Shown here piece after piece: positions 59,101 through 64,000 of a stretch of DNA of 64,000 bases; position 1 is the first letter of the stretch; every line of letters begins with the position of its first letter. Source of the DNA: a virus (taxonomy: Duplodnaviria; Caudoviricetes). Below the pieces are notes generated by a model. That model made no database searches. It saw only the letters and a program-made list of their open reading frames with translations, and had not been told where the DNA came from. The stretch is taken from positions 128,001-192,000 of the IMG/VR virus record IMGVR_UViG_3300012952_003952; one strand, given 5' to 3'. A program made the translations under genes and the position numbers.

Positions 59101-59700
59101 CATGCAAAATTCAATAAAAGAGCTATTGAATCTTTAATCAAGATTAGAGCTTTTGATTCTCTTGATTGTGTGGGTCCAGACAAAACTTTCCAAAGTTATT
59201 CTCACATGCACACTGTACTCATGGAAAACTTTAATGATATCAGGAAGAGAACCAAGAAAGATCCTTATCGCGGCAAGAATAACTTTATTAAAGCTTTAGT
59301 AGAATCTCCTCGTTCTGAAGAGTGGTCTTTCGATGCGTTGATGAACTTTGAAGAAGAGTTGTTGGGAACTATTAACGTAGAAGCTCTTCTTCCGAAAAAA
59401 TTCGTGAAGAAGATGACCGAAAAGAATATCCATTCTTTAGACGATCATAACGGAAGAGAGTTTTATTGGTTCGTTTTGACTAAAGCTATACCTAAGCTTA
59501 CAAAAAACAAGAAGCCATACCTTCTTTTAAATGGAATAGCTTCAACTGGAAGGGTCCATAGAATGTTTTGCTGGGGAGTTCCTAAAGATGCTGACCTTCC
59601 GCCGTTTACTTTTTGTATAGCCGAAGTAGACAAAAACGACTTTGGGATGTCTACTAAGTGGAACAGAATTAAAAAATTTAGCTTTAATGATTTAGCTTAA
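56101..59700 (+). CDS. dnaE: DNA polymerase III alpha subunit (family C)
   Basis: PHP motifs HAHS..S..DG, TDHG, GCEMY, CDSHY; GPGRGSGAGSL, FERF, MPDIDTD, GRHAGG, KFDLLGL, YRPGP and FNKSHA. Confidence 0.95.
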   Translation: MKTPSKFFGLHAHSGFSIFDGLGYPQEHIDFCRENGLDGWSMTDHGHMNGFGHAYLHTEKLNKAGGNFKLIPGCEMYVHPDLDVWKLDYEINKTAKKGDKEALAILKKQREAIQTPLLAFVDEHDETLNVGLEGASLTVENEEETKSGKFYDPIKRRHHLVVLPKTSEGLQRLFHLVSRGYTEGFYRFPRVDYKMLKEAAKGGHLMVSTACIGGPLAYDVFQPLQETNFEDLIPSLFDDESLRNKILSKFEYSYDQLADAVGEENVMLELQFNKLPAQHLVNKAILEFARTRSLTDQLIVTCDSHYASPDHWKERELYKKLGWLNYQSFNPDNLPKSKEDLKCELYPKNAKQVWESYLETTEGHDFYEDSEIFDAIERTHDVAHEMIGEIHPDRKMKLPSYVVPKGQTANKALLEAAKAGLIKRGLANQPEYVDRMKTELKVIFDKNFSEYFLTMKAIIDLAREKMLAGPGRGSGAGSLVNYALYITDIDPVEYGLLFERFMSPERTEMPDIDTDIADRDELIKILRENFGNKNVIPISNYNTFKIKSLLKDVSRFYGIEFSEVNKTLASLERDVAQGRKADGVDAAFDISFEEAKKYSTKVSDYLEKYPQIADPINVLYKQNKALGRHAGGVIVSEKIEERMPLIVARGEMQTPWVEGMNYKHLEEFGWIKFDLLGLETLRIIERTISLVLQKSGVENPTFDQVVDWYNENIAPNVIDFNDSKVYKNVYHSGRWAGIFQCTQRGAQALFKRAKPESVVDLATLTSIYRPGPLSAKVDKLYIKAKNNPQNVFYGHPLIEQVLNSTYGMIIFQEQVMELCHVVAGFPKAECNKLRKMMKPVGSGNENVKKAAALKNKFVEGASQNGVDKNIASELYDRILYFSGYGFNKSHAVSYAVNSYHCAWLMTYYEQEWIQAYLEACSGNPKKLSKALSEVKALGYNIVPIDINKAGKAWSCVDDNSLMPSFLSCKGVGEAAVEEILEQRPYSSIEDLFWDEEGKWKHAKFNKRAIESLIKIRAFDSLDCVGPDKTFQSYSHMHTVLMENFNDIRKRTKKDPYRGKNNFIKALVESPRSEEWSFDALMNFEEELLGTINVEALLPKKFVKKMTEKNIHSLDDHNGREFYWFVLTKAIPKLTKNKKPYLLLNGIASTGRVHRMFCWGVPKDADLPPFTFCIAEVDKNDFGMSTKWNRIKKFSFNDLA

Positions 59701-59701
59701 T

Positions 59702-59729
59702 TTGTAAATCTAGCGAAAGAGGATATTAT
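59702..59729 (+). promoter_or_regulatory. sigma70-like promoter for nucleotide-modification operon
   Basis: TTGTAA-N16-TATTAT; ATG lies 7 nt after the -10 box. Confidence 0.5.
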
Positions 59730-59735
59730 TACTAC

Positions 59736-60584
59736 ATGAATTCGAAATACAAAAATTTAAATCAAGCCTTTGTAGAAGAGTTAGTCGATTGCCACAAGAA
59801 CGGCGTAGAAGTTGAATCTCGTGGCTTCGTACAAAAAGAAAAACTTTTCTCTTCTTTTATAATTCAAGATCCCACCGATTTGCGAATTGATGTCCCAGCT
59901 AGAAAGTTCAATGAAGACTATGCAATTTTAGAATGGCTTTGGTACCTAAACTCTGACTCTAGAATAAAGACTATCGGTAAATTTGCAGATATTTGGAACA
60001 AGATTGCAGATTCGCAAGGGGTCGTTGAGTCTAACTATGGCTCTTATTTAAAGCCGTGCTGGTATGACTTAGTAGATGAGCTTATATCTGATAGAGATAC
60101 CCGTAGAGCAACTTGCGTAATTAATCAGCCATACCATAGGTTCAAAAACCCAAAAGACTATCCTTGTACGCACTATATTCACTTTTTTATCAGAGAAGAA
60201 GCTCTTCACATGGGCGTATATATGCGGTCTAATGATGCAGTTTTTGGTTTTTGTAACGACGTTTTCACCTTTGCGTTGTTTCAACAGCTTATGCTAAATG
60301 AACTAAACGCTCGCGGTGGTAAACTTTCATTAGGAACATACTACCACTCGGCTGGAAGCTTTCACGTATACGATAGACATTATTCTATGATGGAAAAGAT
60401 AGCTGAAAATTATTTTGTGAAAGCTAGAAGAAATGGGTATCCAACCGACTTAAAGAAAATAGTGCTAGATCCCAATTTAACCTGGCCGAAAATGGAAAAC
60501 TACACGTCTTTTTTCAATGAAGACTTAGACAAAGAAGAAGTTTTAAATACAATTAAAAAGACTAAGGAAATTATATTCAAATGA
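59736..60584 (+). CDS. thymidylate-synthase-fold enzyme, dCMP hydroxymethylase-like (T4 gp42 type)
   Basis: DTRRA, DYPCT catalytic Cys, MRSNDAVFGFCNDV with Asp at the base-specificity position, YYHSAGSFHVY. Confidence 0.8.
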   Translation: MNSKYKNLNQAFVEELVDCHKNGVEVESRGFVQKEKLFSSFIIQDPTDLRIDVPARKFNEDYAILEWLWYLNSDSRIKTIGKFADIWNKIADSQGVVESNYGSYLKPCWYDLVDELISDRDTRRATCVINQPYHRFKNPKDYPCTHYIHFFIREEALHMGVYMRSNDAVFGFCNDVFTFALFQQLMLNELNARGGKLSLGTYYHSAGSFHVYDRHYSMMEKIAENYFVKARRNGYPTDLKKIVLDPNLTWPKMENYTSFFNEDLDKEEVLNTIKKTKEIIFK

Positions 60585-60862
60585 ATATTCTAAAAAAAGC
60601 AAATGAGATAATCAATGAAAGATCTGAAGAAAAAGAGCGCCAATACGGCCCAATGGGTGAAGGCCTTGAAAGAGCTGCGATGATTGCTTCTGGAATAACG
60701 GGTAAAGATTTAACAGCAGACGATATTTTTGCATGCCTCATCGGCCTTAAATTTTCTAGACATTCGTATAACTACAAAGAAGATAATTTTCTAGATGCTG
60801 CTGCTTATTTGGGAGCGTGGAACAATTACCAACAGGAGAAATTAAAAAGTGAAGATAAGTAA
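60581..60862 (+). CDS. DUF6378-like small all-alpha protein (possible nucleotide pyrophosphatase)
   Basis: RQYG ... LIGLKFSR ... DNFLDAAAY pattern; ATGA overlap. Confidence 0.55.
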   Translation: MNILKKANEIINERSEEKERQYGPMGEGLERAAMIASGITGKDLTADDIFACLIGLKFSRHSYNYKEDNFLDAAAYLGAWNNYQQEKLKSEDK

Positions 60863-61283
60863 AGTAAGGGCAGTTAAAACACCGCAAAGGGGGACTCCAG
60901 AGTCAGCTGGAATTGATTTTTTCGTGCCAGAGGGAATGATAGCTAAATTATCGCCTGGAGACTCTTGCTTGATGCCAAGCGGAATCAAAGCCAATGTTCC
61001 ATCTGGCCATGCATTAATAGCGTTTAATAAGAGTGGAGTAGCAGTTAAGAAATCTCTTCACGTTGGGGCATGCGTCGTAGACGAAGATTATCAGGGCGAA
61101 ATTCACCTTAATTTAATCAATGTTGGCTCGAGCGTTGCAGAGATAAAATCTGGAGAAAAAATAGTCCAATTTATTTTACTTCCTGTTTTTTATGACACAA
61201 TTGAAGAAGTAGAATTGGAAAACCTTTACGAAGACGAAACTGTTCGAGGTGAAGGTGGTTTTGGTAGCACGGGAGTAGAATAG
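60849..61283 (+). CDS. dut: trimeric dUTPase
   Basis: AGIDF, KSGVA, VVDEDYQGEI, IVQFIL and RGEGGFGSTG. Confidence 0.92.
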   Translation: MKISKVRAVKTPQRGTPESAGIDFFVPEGMIAKLSPGDSCLMPSGIKANVPSGHALIAFNKSGVAVKKSLHVGACVVDEDYQGEIHLNLINVGSSVAEIKSGEKIVQFILLPVFYDTIEEVELENLYEDETVRGEGGFGSTGVE

Positions 61284-62353
61284 TGGATTATTTTGTAGAT
61301 TATGAAATTCCTAAAAACTTTAAGATAGGGATCGACGGACTAGAGAGAAACATTCCGGCTAGAAAACACAGCCACAATGCTGCCTGGGTTCATCTCTACA
61401 AAAATATGCTACAATCTGCTGGCTGGAGTGATGTACACGTCTTAGGCAATCATGACACTTACGAAGGTTATGATGCTATGATATTTTATCCAGGAATTGC
61501 TTACGCTGGAACGATTAACTTCTTTTTTGGAGTTGACGACAATGTAGTTAGAAGGTTCTCCAGAATTCAAGATTTTGAAGGTCCGACTTTTATTTTAAAT
61601 CATGAAATGCCGCTCATTGGAGCGACGATCAGCAAAAGACTGCACAATAAATCGACAAGCTCGAAAATTGGAAATCTTAAACTGAGCTTATTAGATGATA
61701 TTTGCAAATCTACTCGCAGAATAGATTATGTTGAAAGATCAACAAAGCTTTGCTTTGGAGACAGTCATTGTTTTTCTGCTTATCTTCCAGGGTATTCTGT
61801 TTGCCGAAATGACGGGCTCACTCTTTTTTCTACGCTTCGCGATGGAGTAAAAGAGACCATTGAAGAAAAATATGGAGCTTCTGTTGAAAATTTGACTCAT
61901 CTTACTTTTTATATGGGCAATATTGATATAAGGCACCACTTGATGCGCCAAGAAAATCCATATGAAAAAATCCACGCTATGACTATCGAGCTTTCACACC
62001 AGCTTAAAAAACTTGATATACCAAACATTGAACTAGTTCACGCACTGCCTATCGAAAATATTTCTAGAAAACTTCCTAAAACTGGATATTATAAGAAGAC
62101 TCCATATTTCGGAACTTGGGAAGAAAGAACAAAATTAGTCAATACATTCAATGCCGCTGTAGATAGAATTTGTATAGAAAACAAATGGAATTCTTTCCAC
62201 TGGCCAGCTAAATTTTTAAATGATTCTGGTGAATTAGACTTTGAATATATGGAGCGCCCTAAAAGCGTACACTTAAGCCCGCTTTCTTATAGGTGGGACC
62301 TTTTTGAAAATCAATTAAATTTATTGCATAGTAATCAAAACAACGGAGAATAA
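61283..62353 (+). CDS. two-domain unknown: glucosyltransferase-N-like plus SGNH-like
   Basis: C-terminal FGDSH, GNIDIRHH and SVHL (SGNH-type blocks); N-terminal KIGI..YDAMI..INFFFG recalls T4 beta-glucosyltransferase. Confidence 0.5.
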   Translation: MDYFVDYEIPKNFKIGIDGLERNIPARKHSHNAAWVHLYKNMLQSAGWSDVHVLGNHDTYEGYDAMIFYPGIAYAGTINFFFGVDDNVVRRFSRIQDFEGPTFILNHEMPLIGATISKRLHNKSTSSKIGNLKLSLLDDICKSTRRIDYVERSTKLCFGDSHCFSAYLPGYSVCRNDGLTLFSTLRDGVKETIEEKYGASVENLTHLTFYMGNIDIRHHLMRQENPYEKIHAMTIELSHQLKKLDIPNIELVHALPIENISRKLPKTGYYKKTPYFGTWEERTKLVNTFNAAVDRICIENKWNSFHWPAKFLNDSGELDFEYMERPKSVHLSPLSYRWDLFENQLNLLHSNQNNGE

Positions 62354-62354
62354 T

Positions 62355-63545
62355 ATGCCAAAAAACAAGTCAATTAGAGTTGCAATCGTCGGAGTCGGAA
62401 ATTGTGCTAATTCCTTTTACCAGGGCTTAACGTATTATGCGGGGTACACCGCTGGACAAGAGCGCGATGGAGTGATGAAGAGCCGAATCGGAGGATATTC
62501 GGTAGCTGATCTCGAGGTTGTAGCAGCATTCGACGTTGATAAACGAAAAGTTGGAAAGTGTTTTAGAGAAGCTATGCTAGCCAAACCAAACTGTACTCCA
62601 AGCTATGAGGCAAATGTTCCTGACGGTCCCGTAGTTCAAATGGGCCCAATCATGGACGGTGTTCCAAATTTGATGGCTAATTATTCTGATGAAGAAGCGT
62701 TTAGAACTGCTGATTTAGAACCAGTAGATGTGGCTCAAGTGTTATTAGACCGCAAAGTGGATATTCTTATCAACTATCTTCCTGTTGGTTCTCAGAAGGC
62801 CACCGAGTGGTATGCAGAACAGTGCCTTAAGACTGGAGTTTCTCTTCTTAACTGTATTCCAGTTTTTATTGCTTCTAATCCAGTTTGGGAGCAAAAGTTT
62901 ATTGATGCTGGAATTCCACTCGTTGGCGATGACATGAAATCTCAATTTGGGGCCTCTATTATGTCTCAAATGCTTCAAGAACTAGCTTTTGCTCGAGGTC
63001 TAAATGTTAAAGCTCACATTCAGCGAAATGTCGGTGGCAATACTGATTTCTTGAACATGGTAGATCAATCTCGGCTGAAATACAAGAAAGTTTCAAAGGA
63101 GAATGTAATTCGATCTCAACACGTAATTCGTGGTGTAGACCCCGAAGAATCTTTCCTCCATGCTGGGCCGTCTGAATATATTCGCTACTATGGAGATAAC
63201 AAGGTCGCAAACTTCCGAATTGAAATGGAGGGATTCCTTGGTGCCCCAGTTATTTTAGACGCGCAGCTTTCTGTAATTGACTCTCCTAACTCTGGAGGCG
63301 TTGTAATCGACGCCGCTCGGTATCTAAAAGTCGCCAGAGAGATGGGCATTGTAGGGGCTCTCAGAGGTCCGTCTGCTTTTACTCAGAAGACTCCGCCTCA
63401 ACAGCTTATGTTTAGTGAAACTCTTTATGAATGCGACGCTCTTTCTGATAGGAGGCTCACTCGATTTACTAAGCGCCAAACAGAAAAATACAGCGCTGAA
63501 GAGCTTTACCTATCGTGTCCAGCAGGAAACAAGGAAGTAGATTAA
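62355..63545 (+). CDS. ino1: myo-inositol-1-phosphate synthase
   Basis: VAIVGVGNCA, AAFDVDKRKVG, NYLPVGS, NCIPVFIAS, GDDMKSQFGAS, NVGGNTDFLNM, GPSEYI and DSPNSGGVVIDA. Confidence 0.95.
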   Translation: MPKNKSIRVAIVGVGNCANSFYQGLTYYAGYTAGQERDGVMKSRIGGYSVADLEVVAAFDVDKRKVGKCFREAMLAKPNCTPSYEANVPDGPVVQMGPIMDGVPNLMANYSDEEAFRTADLEPVDVAQVLLDRKVDILINYLPVGSQKATEWYAEQCLKTGVSLLNCIPVFIASNPVWEQKFIDAGIPLVGDDMKSQFGASIMSQMLQELAFARGLNVKAHIQRNVGGNTDFLNMVDQSRLKYKKVSKENVIRSQHVIRGVDPEESFLHAGPSEYIRYYGDNKVANFRIEMEGFLGAPVILDAQLSVIDSPNSGGVVIDAARYLKVAREMGIVGALRGPSAFTQKTPPQQLMFSETLYECDALSDRRLTRFTKRQTEKYSAEELYLSCPAGNKEVD

Positions 63546-64000
63546 TGGCTAAATTGCATGAGCAAAAAGGAAAACTTTTTAATCCAGACTCTGAAGATTT
63601 TGAAGAGTGTGTAATAAAGTTTAACGGAAGGAATGGGTTTTGGTACAGACCAGGCACTTTTGATTTAAATTCTATAAGAGAGTGCAGAGACAATTATAGC
63701 GATATTGACACTTGCGGGAAAACAGTTTTAGATTTAGGAGCCAACATTGGAGGATTTTCAAGAATGGCTCTAGAAAAAGGAGCTAAAAAAGTAATAGCTT
63801 TAGAGCCATGCCCTCATAATTTTCAAATTTTAGAGATCAATGCCCCAAATGCAGAATGTCTAAATGCTGCAGTTTGCGAAAGCAAGGTAAAAGAAGTAGT
63901 TTTTCATTATGCTGGATCTAAAAGAAACTCAGTGTCGTCTTCTACTCTTAAAAGAAGAAATGCTTCTGGAGTATCTATTGCAGTACCAGGATTATCATTT
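63545..64000 (+). CDS. FkbM-like SAM-dependent methyltransferase (3' end outside window; absent from ORF track)
   Basis: TAATG overlap with ino1; open to the window end: MAKLHEQK...KTVLDLGANIGGFSRMALEKGAKKVIALEPCPHNFQIL...LNAAV. Confidence 0.8.
   Translation, partial: MAKLHEQKGKLFNPDSEDFEECVIKFNGRNGFWYRPGTFDLNSIRECRDNYSDIDTCGKTVLDLGANIGGFSRMALEKGAKKVIALEPCPHNFQILEINAPNAECLNAAVCESKVKEVVFHYAGSKRNSVSSSTLKRRNASGVSIAVPGLSF

Noticed and set aside
1878-59700. Inteins or introns in terminase, helicase, RNR and DnaE
   Set aside because: Lengths are ordinary, and I saw no splice-junction (C...HN-C/S/T) or homing-endonuclease motifs.
1-64000. CRISPR arrays, tRNA/rRNA genes, transposases, integrases
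   Set aside because: Intergenic gaps are short and none shows spaced repeats or cloverleaf patterns; no such protein motifs were recognised. Not verified by software.

Overview
This 64-kb window is part of a large, AT-rich, contractile-tailed (myovirus-like) dsDNA bacteriophage genome with T4-like head and tail genes. Almost every gene is on the + strand and read in the standard code. Order of modules: end of an SbcC/gp46-like ATPase; terminase, portal, prohead protease, scaffold; two tandem major capsid genes; neck genes; two tandem tail sheath genes; tail tube; a gp26/gp51-like pair overlapping at a T7 run; tape measure; baseplate-type genes. Next is a replication block: minimal family-A polymerase, gp32-like SSB, RecA broken by one in-frame TAA, 5'-3' exonuclease, DnaB-like helicase, class II RNR. 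Then auxiliary genes (IscU-Nfu-IscA, ClpP-like, amidase, thioesterase), a repair pair (MBD4-like and Nei-like glycosylases), a J-domain protein, a HAD protein and DnaE. The most interesting element is the tightly coupled operon at the right edge: dCMP-hydroxymethylase-like enzyme, DUF6378-like protein, dUTPase, a glucosyltransferase-N/SGNH-like unknown, myo-inositol-1-phosphate synthase and an FkbM-type methyltransferase. It is a candidate for an undescribed, possibly inositol-based, cytosine hypermodification pathway. All family calls come from motifs recognised by eye; no database searches were run.
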